From: Octopus sinensis
Taxonomy: Eukaryota
Assembly: GCF_006345805.1 (NCBI RefSeq)
Contig: NC_042999.1
Coordinates: forward strand, 91,760,001-91,824,000
Reading direction: 5' to 3'
DNA length: 64,000 nucleotides
The notes under the pieces were generated by a model, which had not been told where the DNA came from, made no database searches, and worked only from the letters and a program-made list of their open reading frames with translations. Of the stretch, positions 12,090-23,635 are shown piece by piece. Each line of letters opens with the position of its first letter. The first letter of the stretch is position 1. A program made the translations under genes and the position numbers.

Positions 12090-13460
12090 GTCAAGCGTAC
12101 TTTATATCTTCTAACATAAAGTAACAAAGTTCGTTTTCCTTCCCCAAAAGATACGAGCACATGCATATTGAAACGTAACAGATATCGTAAAAAGATCTGA
12201 TAAACAGCGGAAACTGTTTTGACTCAGAACAAAGACCTTGGCTCTATTCAGTTATTTTCGTATTGCGATCAAGTTTATATTTTTAAAAAATATTTCGGAA
12301 AATGTAATCGCAAAAAATTTAATTGTAAATACTATTTATGGTTCAAAGAAATCCTTATCGAAGTTATAGGAGTGCAAATAATCATCAATAACCCTTGACA
12401 AGCGATTATTTACATATTTATAAATTGTATATTATATTAGCGTATTATTATGTTTACACAGTGAAGGCGCAGTGGCCCAGTGGTTAGGGCAGCGGACTCG
12501 CGGCTGTCACTCTTTCTTTCTGTTGTACCTGTATTTCAAAGGACCAGCCTTGTCGCACCCTTTATCACGCTGAATCTCCCCGAGAACTACGTAAAGGGTA
12601 CACGTTTCTGTGAAGTGCTCGGTCATTTGCACGTTAATTTCACGAGCAGGCTGTTCCGTTGATCGTATTAGCTGGAACCCTCGTCGTCGTAACCGATGAA
12701 GTGCCACGATGTTTATACATATCATATTATTATATGTTTCAGCCTTAAGACTGTGGCCATGCTGGGGGCACCGCCAGTATATAAGACCAGTATATTATTT
12801 TCACGCTTTGATTTATTTAATTTTTCGACTTTATCAAACTGAATATTAAATGTACGGATCATGATATAGCAAATACTAAAATGAAATAATTTTATTTTTC
12901 TAACGTATTGTATACAAAGTGTCGTGGGTACTTCTGACATAAAGTAAGAAAATTTTGTTTTTCTTCCCCAAAAGATACGAGCACATCTATAGCGAAAAGC
13001 AAAAAAATATCGTAAAAACATCTGATAAACACGGAAACAGCTTTGACTCAGAATAAAGACCTTGGCTCTGTTGAGTTATTTTCATATTGCAATTTTAAAT
13101 TTAATAAATAATTCGGAAAAAGTAATCGCAAAAAATTTAATTGTAAATACTATTTATGGTTCAAGGAAATCCTGGTCGAAGTAATAGGAGTGCAAATAAT
13201 CATCACTAAGCTAGTTTTTTTCCACATTTGACAAGCGATTATCTACATATTTGCAAATTGTATATTACAAAAGTGCATTATTATTTTTACACATATTTTA
13301 TTATATTATTATGTGTTTCAGCTTTAAGGCTGTGGCCATATAGAGGGCACCGCCAGTATATAAGACCAGTATATTAGCTTACGTTTTGATTTATTTAATT
13401 TTTCGGGTTTATCAACTTGAATATTAAATGTACGGATCATGGTACAGCAAATACACAATT
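12090..13460. repeat. Old tandem duplication (~550-600 bp unit), first copy interrupted by a SINE
   Basis: 12090-12460 aligns with 12920-13310 and 12730-12880 with 13310-13460 (shared aaaagatacgagcacat, aaaaatttaattgtaaatactatttatggttcaa, gcaccgccagtatataagaccagtatatta). Confidence 0.85.
12461..12706 (+). mobile_element. tRNA-derived SINE family C, internally deleted
   Basis: Head gtgaaggcgcagtggcccagtggttagggcagcggactcgcgg joined to tail tttcaaagg...cacgttaatttcacgagcaggctg, also seen at 60404-60676. Confidence 0.85.
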
Positions 13461-14147
13461 TGATTTTTCTATTGTATTGTATTTTAACTCTGAAAAGCCA
13501 AATAGAAAAGGAATCTTCAGATCTTAGTTTGTGTTGGTGATCAACAGAGATGATTGCCTTCATAAGATATGTATATGATAAATTTAATATATAATGAATA
13601 ACTCTAGTGAATCTGAAATGACTGTATATAGTAAAGATTGATGGGCTCGCCTTATTGATTTTGTTTTTAACTTCTCTTATTTAGGGAATTTATCAAACTT
13701 TGTTCAACATGTTCTCTCCTTTCGATTTATCAATCCCATTCGAACCAATAAGATTGATGAGAAACAAATTTTATTTGTGTATTCGTGTATGTGTGTATTA
13801 ATAATGATGATTAAGAGGTAGAGAATGAAGGAGGTGGTGGAATAAGTAAGAGAAGGATGTTCATGCGGAGGATAGAGAACAAGACAAAAAAAAAAGGTCA
13901 GAAGAAAATCGAGTAATTTGAGTTTTAAACATCAGTGACATTAACGATGTATTATTTATAAAGCAAATCTATCCTAACATATGTAATAGGTAGAAAAGTC
14001 GGTAATGAGAAAAATAACGAAAACTTCCATGACAGAGTATCGTTACTACAACCACTGCTACTACAAAAACAATTAATAATAATAATGCATTCCATTATAG
14101 GCGTTTTGTCCGGCGTGTTATCAATTGTGCCAGCTAGACACCTTAAC

Positions 14148-14200
<53 letters not shown>

Positions 14201-14202
<2 letters not shown>

Positions 14203-14393
14203 GTTTCAAATTTTGCCACAAGGGCAGCCATTTGGGGGAAAGGGATGATGTCTCCCTGGCATTTAATTTATCGACTTGGAAAGGGTGAAAAGCAAAGCCG
14301 ACCTCGGTGGAATTTGAACTCAGAAGGTATCGACGGGCGAAATGCTGCTAAGCATTTCCTCCAGCGCGCTAACTCTTCTGCCAGCTCACCGCC
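14201..14393 (-). mobile_element. SINE family A
   Basis: Reverse complement begins ggcggtgagctggcagaagagttagc; flanked by (AAT)n. Confidence 0.85.
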
Positions 14394-14426
<33 letters not shown>

Positions 14427-14487
14427 TAATAATAATAATAATAATAATAATGATAATAATAACAATAATGATAATAATGATAATAAC

Positions 14488-14543
<56 letters not shown>

Positions 14544-14607
14544 TAACAATAATAATAATAATAATAATAATGATAATAATAACAATAATGATAATAATGA
14601 TAATAAC

Positions 14608-14641
<34 letters not shown>

Positions 14642-14677
14642 GTAATAATAACAATAACAATAATAATAATAATAATA
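14394..14677. repeat. (AAT)n microsatellite with AAC/GAT variants and a 120-bp higher-order repeat
   Basis: Variant pattern at 14461-14520 recurs at 14581-14640. Confidence 0.9.
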
Positions 14678-15230
14678 AATGCCCTGATGCAGTACCAGGC
14701 AGTGGCTCTCATGGCTTCTGATCTTAACTGATTGGAAGTGTTATCATGTACATTGTTTTGTCTTGGTATAAAAGATGGGCTACAGCAAATATTCTGCTCA
14801 ATACCACAGATTTGCTTGTCAGTTGTTTGACCTTAACCAGTTGACCATGTCCCTTAGTGGCTGACGATATGTGCATCTCTGATCACGAGCAGAAGTAGTG
14901 GGGAGCATCATAGCCATGTGTTGAGAGGATTCTTTGGGGTTTGAATAGTTCACCTCTGGAAAATGGGTGTTTTTTTCAACATCCTTAAACAACCCTTATT
15001 CAGGAACCGTTTGAGCGGATGGGCTACTCAACCTGAAGAAAATTCTAACTGGGCCCCACCTGCAAGGTCATGTGCTGTTTATCTTGATATGAGATCACCA
15101 TGTCGCGCACATATGGTTGTGATGCATGTGCCTGGTGTACCTTTATCAGACGGGTAGTCATGATGGGTATATTGGGCTTCGTATATTTTACCCCAGTGTC
15201 ACTTTGATGGCATGAACTGCTCTCTCACTC
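14678..15230 (+). mobile_element. ~550-bp dispersed repeat flanked by (AAT)n, class uncertain
   Basis: atgccctgatgcagtacc...ctctctcactc; collinear copies at 20984-21534 and 22902-23251; no ORF. Confidence 0.85.
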
Positions 15231-15237
15231 AATAATA

Positions 15238-15281
<44 letters not shown>

Positions 15282-15292
15282 TAATAATAATA

Positions 15293-15865
15293 ATCCTTTC
15301 TATTATAAGCACAAGGCCTGAAATGTGTGGGGATGGGGTAAACCAATTACATCGATCTCAGTATTTCACTGGTACATCGACCGCGAAAAGATGAAAAACA
15401 AAGTGCCCCTACCACCTTCCCCGGTGGAATTTGAAATCAAAACGTTGCGACGGTTGAAATACATATGTCTTTACTACCCACAAGGGGCTAAACACAGAAA
15501 GGACAAACAAGGACAGACAAACGGGTTAAGTCGATTATATCGACCCCAGTGCCTACTGGTACTTATTTAATCGACACCGAAAGGATGAAAGGCAAAGTCG
15601 ACCTCGGCGGAATTTGAACTCCGAACGTTAAGACAGACGAAATACCTATTTCTCTACTACCCACAAGGGGCTAAACACAGAGGGGACAAACAAGGACAGA
15701 CACACGGATTAAGTCGATTACATCGACTGCAGTACTTATTTAATCGACCCCGAAAGAATGAAAGGCAAAGTCGACCTCGGTGGAATTTGAACTCAGAACG
15801 TAACGGCAGACGAAATACCGCTAACCATTTCGTCCAGGGTAAAGACGACCTCGGCGGAATTTTAA
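15293..15865 (-). mobile_element. Head-to-tail chain of three SINE family A units plus a partial fourth
   Basis: Repeated gacctcgg(c/t)ggaatttgaact...gacgaaatac units with junctions at 15462/15463 and 15645/15646. Confidence 0.85.
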
Positions 15866-15879
15866 TAATAATACTGATT

Positions 15880-16111
15880 ATAGTTTCAAATTGTGCTCGG
15901 TCATTTGCACGTTAATTTCACGAGCAGGCTGTTCCGTTGATCGTATTAGCTGGAACCCTCGTCGTCGTAACCGATGAAGTGCCACGATGTTTATAGCACA
16001 AGGCTAGCAATCTTGGGGTAAAGATAAGTCGTTTACATCGACGTCAGTGTTCAACTGGTACTCATTTTATCGACTCCGAAAGGATGAAAGCAATGACAAC
16101 CTCGGCGGAAT

Positions 16112-16113
<2 letters not shown>
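15880..16113 (-). mobile_element. SINE family A 3' part, interrupted by a 103-bp insertion
   Basis: tagtttcaaatt|insert|gcacaaggctagcaatc...aacctcggcggaat; uninterrupted form at 14201 and 51047 (tttcaaattttg(g/c)cacaa). Confidence 0.8.
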
Positions 16114-16143
<30 letters not shown>

Positions 16144-16211
16144 AAGAAGAAGAAGAAGAAGAAGAAGAAGAAGAAGAAGAAGAAGAAGAACAACAACAAC
16201 AACAACAACAA
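16114..16211. repeat. (GAA)n/(CAA)n microsatellite
   Basis: Direct reading. Confidence 0.95.
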
Positions 16212-16330
16212 CACAACAACACAGGTAGAAAATTAACGATGATACGGTTGCGAGAATGTGCGTGTAAGGTCTGGGGAATGTGTAGCATAACAACACTGCT
16301 TGACTGATTCAAAATATATCCCAAAATACA

Positions 16331-16470
16331 AAGCGGCGAGCTGCCAGAAGCGTTAGCACACCGGGAGAAATGCCAGGGCGATAAATTTAGTACCAGTTCC
16401 GTACTGGTGTAGATCTAATCGACTGCCTACTCCCCCAAATTTTTGGGCCTTGTGCCTAGAGTAGAAAAAC
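16331..16470 (+). mobile_element. SINE family A, internally deleted
   Basis: aagcggcgagctgccagaagcgttagcacaccggg...gggccttgtgcctagagtagaaaa. Confidence 0.8.
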
Positions 16471-17371
16471 GATTCAGAACAACTCAAATAGCAAAATAAT
16501 GCATATGTGTTAAAGGATAATGGCTCAGATAATACTTGCAGAAGTTATTCATGTTATCTCAATACGTTCATAGCTGTCGGTAAATTGTCACCACGTGTGA
16601 GGAAACTGTTTATTGTTCGTATCACCACCAAACTGACTCTACCTCCGAATCAAAATATGAAATACAATACAAATAAAAACCAGATCATACATCCCGAGAT
16701 TTTATATATGAATGCGTTCATTGAATGTGACGCATAAAAAAGTATGGAAATAGAGTGTGCAGTATTTATTATTAACGGAAACAAACAAACCCGACAACAA
16801 TAATGATATTCAAAATGAAGTGGTGGAAAAAGAAAAAGGAAAGGGAAATATAATATATCACCTTCATTTTAAAATACATATATAATATTATTCCTGGCTC
16901 TCTTTTAGATTAGATCTAGTGACAAAAGGGCATTGTTTAGCTCTATAAAATTTGCGTACGTAATTTTATTTTATTTTTTTTTCCGAGAGGAGGACTGTTT
17001 GTTTGTATCTCGACAGAGGCGAGAGAAAGTTAAGGCTTCCTTAACCCTGTCACGCCGTTTCCCTGCAAATCCAGAAATGGTTTAAACGTCATCTCTGCTG
17101 GATTCCCCAAAAATTGGTAATGAAAAATACACGCAGAAGCGGAAAATGCAACCTATTTTGTCCATTAGTTTGTCTGCAATTGTTATTTTTGAGTTGTATT
17201 TGAATCTACGTACCTTTTTTTACTCAGGAGCACAAATATAGAGTAAATTGAGACACAGGGACCCAGGTCTGGGAGGATTAAAAAAGGTTTAAATTTTTTG
17301 TCTCATTATTTCTGCTGTTATCGCTATCTTCAAAAATATTTGAGAGATGGTTCAAAATACTTTTCATATTT

Positions 17372-17575
17372 AAGGCAGCGAAGTGACAGAATCATTACTG
17401 CGCCAGAAAAATACATTTCTTGCGACTTTACGAAGAAAGTTCGCCGAGGTCTACTTTGCCGTCTCATAGTTTTGGGACCGAAAAATAAGTTCCACTTGAG
17501 CACTGAGGTCCACGTAATCGACTTACACCCAACCCCGAAATTGCTGGCCTTGTGCCAAAATATGAAAGCAATGGA
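17372..17575 (+). mobile_element. SINE family A, degenerate
   Basis: ggcagcgaagtgacagaatcatta...cgccgaggtctactttgcc...gaaattgctggccttgtgccaaaa. Confidence 0.75.
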
Positions 17576-18151
17576 TTTAGTGCAATATGTTTTGTGTCAG
17601 TTTTTCTTTTATAATTTTCTTTCCTGTTGTATCTCTTTTGTTTTTTATATGAGCGTATCGGTCAGATATTTTGAATGGGAAATCTGTTTAAAATTTATAA
17701 TCGAAAGAAACAAGTGAGGAGAAACAAGTATTTACATTTTTCTAGATTCAAGTGATGAACACCCGTTCTGGAATGATCCCCAAAGAAATATTCACCGGTA
17801 ACACTTGAATTTAGTCATGTCTCAGAATTTTTTTTTAAATACGTCTTTATCCTTTGGGAGTCAGTGATGATGATGATGATTTCATTAATTTGAAAATATT
17901 TACAAATTTTGTGGTAAAGAACACTGAAACTGAGAAAAACAAATGGAAAGGGGACATAGTTGGAATATAGATCCAGTGAAACAGATGTGCAACCTTTCTC
18001 ATACCTTTAAATATTTGCAAGAAATATTTCATTGAATTTTCATAAAGAAGATGAGAAAAAGCAAAAAAAATTGTCTCACCATGTCAGATGTGATCTGGCA
18101 GGGAGTAAACGTATTGCAATATATTAGTGTGCATGTAATCTCAGGTGAGAA

Positions 18152-18190
<39 letters not shown>

Positions 18191-18703
18191 GAAAATTACA
18201 ACAAGATCTAAATATTCTATTCCTGACCAGACAATGTAGCTGAGGTGTCAACAATAGACGGAAAAGTGCTCTTAAATTGGCTTCATCATGTGTGACTCAT
18301 TTAAAATGTTGGAAACTGCGAAATTTTATAACTACATAACAAACGTCTTTAAAACTTTGCATTTGCCAGACATCTCACATTCATCGACGAATAAAAAATT
18401 CTTCCGTTGACACACGGTCACATATTTTTAACTGAAGGTTTTAAACCGCAGAAACAAATCCTGGGGAATTACTCGCATGTAGTTTCTGAAGAACTCAGGT
18501 GATATTGGGAGAATAACATTTACACTCGCGATATTTGAATATATAGATTGACGAAAGAAAACATCACAAGGAGCTTGTTCCAATTTGTTCTATTTACTGC
18601 CAAGTCAATTCTTTAAGTAAATATGTTCAATATTTATAAAACTACATATTAAGCAATTCATATGTAAACATTTGTTACTCATTTCTATTGTTACCATCGT
18701 ATG

Positions 18704-19335
18704 AAGCGGAAAGCTGGCAGAATCATTAGCAGCATTTAGTCTGACTTTACGTTCTGAATTCAAATGCCACCTGAGTTGACTTTGATTTTTATTATTTCGG
18801 AGTCCATAAAATAAGTACCAGTTGAGAACCAGGGTTTATGTAATCAACATACCACTCCCCTGAAATTGCTGGCCTTGTGCCAAAATTTGAAATCATTAAT
18901 AACATTATATAAGGCGGCGAGCTGGCAGAATCGTTAGCTAAACTTCGTATTTACGTTCCAACTTCAAATTCCGCCGAGATCGACTTTGCTTTTCATCCTT
19001 TTGGGAGTCGATATAATAAGTACCAGTCAAATACTGGGGTCAGTGTTATCAACTAGACTCTTCCTTCAAAAACTGTTGGATCCGTACCAAAATATGAAAC
19101 CAGTATTAGCATTATAAAGGTGGAGTGTTGGCAAAATCTTTCCCAGGTCAGAGAGAATGTTTAGCAGCATTTTCTTTGGTTTTTACGTCCCAAATTCAGA
19201 AGCTGCCGAGTTGGATTTTGCCTTTCCCTTTTTCGGGTCCGGTAAAATAAATACCAGTCGAACACATCGGTTGATGATTACAAGTTACCCTTTCCCCTAA
19301 AATTGCTGGCCTTGTGCCAAAATTCGAAACCATTT
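18704..19335 (+). mobile_element. Three adjacent SINE family A copies in tandem
   Basis: Copies ~18704-18897, 18911-19105 and 19116-19335, each ending in (t)tgctggccttgtgccaaaatt-like tails. Confidence 0.8.
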
Positions 19336-19750
19336 CTTCATAATTACATTGTGGGATTTGAATGGTCTGCCTGGATGAAGCTGATTAACAATCTACATCT
19401 AATGTACATTGGCTCGCTGTCAGATTTAACATGACAAAAATTTTGTCAACATTTTTCTTCCTACTTTCTGTGAACGACATCAATTATTAGCACAGAGGCA
19501 ATAATTCAGCAACAGTAAATGGGAAGACGCAGGCATAGAAAAAGGATCTGAAATATCGTAATGCTTCATTAGAATTCCAAATATATCTTCCTGTAAAAAC
19601 CAAACATTCATTAGTATTTCAATTCTAAAACCTATGAGAGCATAAACATTTCCGGGTAAAATACCAATTTATTAATTAATGGCCATAAAGTAATTGACTT
19701 AAAATGTGATTAACTTATGTTCCCAAAAATGTGCGCACATATATTCACAA

Positions 19751-19836
<86 letters not shown>

Positions 19837-19890
19837 TTATCTATCTATCTATCTACCTATCTATTTATCTATCTATCTATCACCTATCTG

Positions 19891-19923
<33 letters not shown>

Positions 19924-20199
19924 CTGTATGTATGTATCTATATTCATGCATACATATATATGTACCAATGTACACAGTTTCATGTATACATGTGTGTGTG
20001 TAAAGGTAAAATCCAAGGATCAAGGTGTAGAAAGTTAGTAAGCTTCGAGCAGTCCGTAGAAAGTGTAAAAAGCATCTTTCGGGAACAATAGTGGTTTACC
20101 GACGGAGAAGACTGCAAATCTTTCACATAACGAAGCTCAATAAGCTGTAAAAAGGTAATTTATAGTTTACAGTTAGAAGGTGTTTTTGCTGGGGTTGAG

Positions 20200-20772
20200 C
20201 ATAAAAATCCGAGACTAGGAAATCCAGGCTACATATGTTTCATTACTACCTCGGAATTAGTAATTATCCAAACGAAGGGTAATCAAATAAAGTCACCATT
20301 GTCAAGGTATCCCGTGTTAACACGCAGGAGATACGATCGAAAATGCATGGAAAGCACAAAGATACTGAAGAAAACGGAAAGCATATTTGTGAAGAAATAA
20401 TATTTGAAAGCAGGTGAATGTCCAAACTTGTTAAGGAAAAGAATAAGAATACGAAAAAGGAAAAGAGAAGGGGCGATTAGGGGAAAATTTAGTATTATTG
20501 AAGCTGGCTAGGCGAATTTAGGTTGGGGTCATTCATGTAGAATAAATAAATATATTGTGGCACCCAGGATATACATTTAAACAGAGTCAAAGAAAGAGAA
20601 GATGTAGGAGTGGTATCAAACCAGAATTTGTTAGGAGAGGGGGGGGGAAGATGAGGGAGGTGATAATGTTTTTGGTTAGGAGAACATAGTAGTTCTAGGT
20701 AATATATCACTTAATTTTAAAACTATTCAAATGCATATTGGTGTTTCACTAATTTCGGATACACGCGCGTGA

Positions 20773-20806
<34 letters not shown>

Positions 20807-20960
20807 CACACACACACACATATATATATATATGTATATATTGCACATGACTGACTGCTAGCTACTAAAGCTACTAAAGCTTTCATCTTTTATTCTCTGT
20901 TTATTTTCTCGTGTTCCTTTCTGTTGAAGATCGTAGGCTCGAAAGGTAAAAAACTTTCTA
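20200..20960. mobile_element. Penelope-like terminal-repeat fragments (two families)
   Basis: 20215-20260 shares ggctacatatgtttc with 39784-39800; 20860-20955 shares ctttctgttgaaga.cgtaggctcgaaa with 42846-42883. Confidence 0.5.
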
Positions 20961-20983
20961 TGAGACCTACTGTATGTTGGCGC

Positions 20984-21534
20984 ATGCCTTCCAACGTACA
21001 GTAGCTCTCGTAGCTTCAGATCTTAACTGATTGGAAGTGTTATCATGTACATGTCTTGACTTGGTATAAAAGAAGCACTATATCATATATTCCGTTCAAT
21101 GCCACAGATTTGCCTGTCAATTTCTTGACCTTAACCAGTTGAGTATGTTCGATAGTGTCTGACGATATATGAATTTCTACTCACGAACAGGAATAATGGT
21201 GGAGCAGTTTAGACATGTGTTGAAAAGAATTCCTTGGGGCTTGAATAATTCACCCCTGGAAACATGCGTGTCATTTTTTTTATCATCCTTGAACAACTGA
21301 GAGTCAGAAACCTTTTGAACGGGATGGGCTACTCGACCTGAAGAAAATTCTAACTGGGCTTTACATGCAAGGTCATGCACTGCTTATCTTGATATGAGGT
21401 CACCATGTCGTGCACATATGATTGTGAAGCATGTGTTGCTGTAACCTTATCAGCAAGTCTTCATGCTGGTTATACTGGACTTCGTGTATTTGTGCCCCAG
21501 TGTCACTCTGGTGGCATGCGTTGCTCTCTCACCC
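20984..21534 (+). mobile_element. ~550-bp dispersed repeat, diverged copy
   Basis: Collinear with 14678-15230 (gatcttaactgattggaagtgttatcatgtaca; cctgaagaaaattctaactgggc). Confidence 0.85.
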
Positions 21535-21834
21535 AATAAAGATAATATCAGTTTATATAACTAATCTGTTCATATTACTAGTATGTTAAAATTTCTGCTA
21601 CATAACCGTCATTGAAGCATGGTAGTTCCACATTGAAGTCAAATTTGGCAATTTAATTCCACAGTTGATTGAGGTAGTAGTAAATTCATTTAAGTGATCT
21701 TTCTAATCTCTAACAAATTTTACGTAATTTGAGTATGACGCACGCGTGTACACACACACACACACCACACACACAAACATGTATATATATGTGTGTATAT
21801 ATGTATATATAAAGAGAGGGAGAGAGAGAGAGAT

Positions 21835-22244
<410 letters not shown>

Positions 22245-22519
22245 TACTATGTATGTATAAGCACACGTATATACAAGCTCAAATGACATTACACTGGTTG
22301 AAATATATTGGTTTAAGTGTGTCTCTGATAATATATCTATCAGTGTGTCATCGTCCACACACCATTTTACCACTTTATTTAAATATCTGGTTATCTCATT
22401 GTGAATCATAGTGATACACACTTATACCTGCATACATACACATAAATAGAGTTATAACTTAAAACATGTATATCAAATTTATGAAGCATTAAATCTAAGA
22501 ACACAGTCGAGAAAGAATA

Positions 22520-22730
22520 TTGGCTTCAAATTTCGGCGTAAGACCATTAATTTGGGGGGAGGGGGAAAGTCGATTACACAGACGCAAATATTTACCGGGT
22601 ACGTATACTTTCTACCCCAAAAGGATGAAAGGCAAAGTTGACCTCAGCAGCATTGGAACTCAGAACGTAAAGATGGACGAAATACCGCTAAGCATTTTAT
22701 CCGGCGGGCAAACGATTCTGCCAATTCGCC
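22520..22730 (-). mobile_element. SINE family A
   Basis: aaaggatgaaaggcaaagttgacctc...gaaataccgctaagcattt...gattctgccaattcgcc. Confidence 0.8.
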
Positions 22731-22901
22731 ATAGTAATTTGAGAAAAAAATATTAAAAACTGAAAATAAAAAAATAACAACAAATGCAATGACGACTTCG
22801 ATTCAATAATAATAACAACAACAGCAACATCAGTAACAACAACAGTAATGTCAACAACAACAACAATAACAACAACAACAACAACAATAATAATAATACA
22901 T

Positions 22902-23251
22902 ATGCCATGATGCAGTACTAGATAGTGGCTCTCATGGCTTCTCATCTTAACTGATTGGAATTGTTATCATGTACATTGTTTTGTCTTGGTACAAAAGATG
23001 GGCTACCCCAAATATTCTGCTCAATACCACAGATTTGTTTGTCACTTGTTTGACCTTAACCAGTTAAGCATGTCCCTTAGTGGCTGATGATGTTTGCATT
23101 TCTGATTACGAGCAGAAGTAGTGGGGAAGTATCATAGCCATATGTCGAGAGGAATTACTTGGGGTTCGGATAATTCACCTTTGGAAACGGGTGTTTCGTT
23201 TAACATCCTTAAACAACCCTTATTCAGGAACCTTTTGAGCGGGATGGGCTC
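22902..23251 (+). mobile_element. ~550-bp dispersed repeat, 3'-truncated copy
   Basis: Collinear with 14678-15020; ends at a (TA)n tract. Confidence 0.85.
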
Positions 23252-23381
<130 letters not shown>

Positions 23382-23436
23382 TAGATAGATAGATAGATAG
23401 AGATAGATAGATAGATAGATAGATAGATATATGTAT

Positions 23437-23635
23437 TTGTGTGGCTATATTTGTCCCCCACCGTCGCTTGATAACCGATGTTGGTCTGTTTATGTCCCTC
23501 TAACATGGGGGTTCGGCAAAAGACACCGATAGAATAAGTACTAGGATTACAAAGAATAAATCCTGAGGTTGATTTGTCCGACAAAAGGCGGTGCTCCAGC
23601 GTAGCCGCAGTCAAATGAGTGAAACAAGTAAAAGA
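23437..23635 (+). mobile_element. SINE family B 3' half
   Basis: tttgtccccc...ggttcggcaaaagacaccgatagaataagtact...aaggcggtgctccagc..gccgcagtcaaatga..gaaacaagtaaaaga; related pieces at 35950-36020 and 57722-57790 on the minus strand. Confidence 0.75.

Noticed and set aside
15293-15865. Regularly spaced repeats superficially like a CRISPR array
   Set aside because: Units are ~180-bp SINE segments without unique spacers; eukaryotic context; no cas genes.
17029-17045. gttaagg-ctt-ccttaac palindrome in a non-repetitive, enhancer-like stretch
   Set aside because: A 7-bp stem is expected by chance in 64 kb; no functional evidence.
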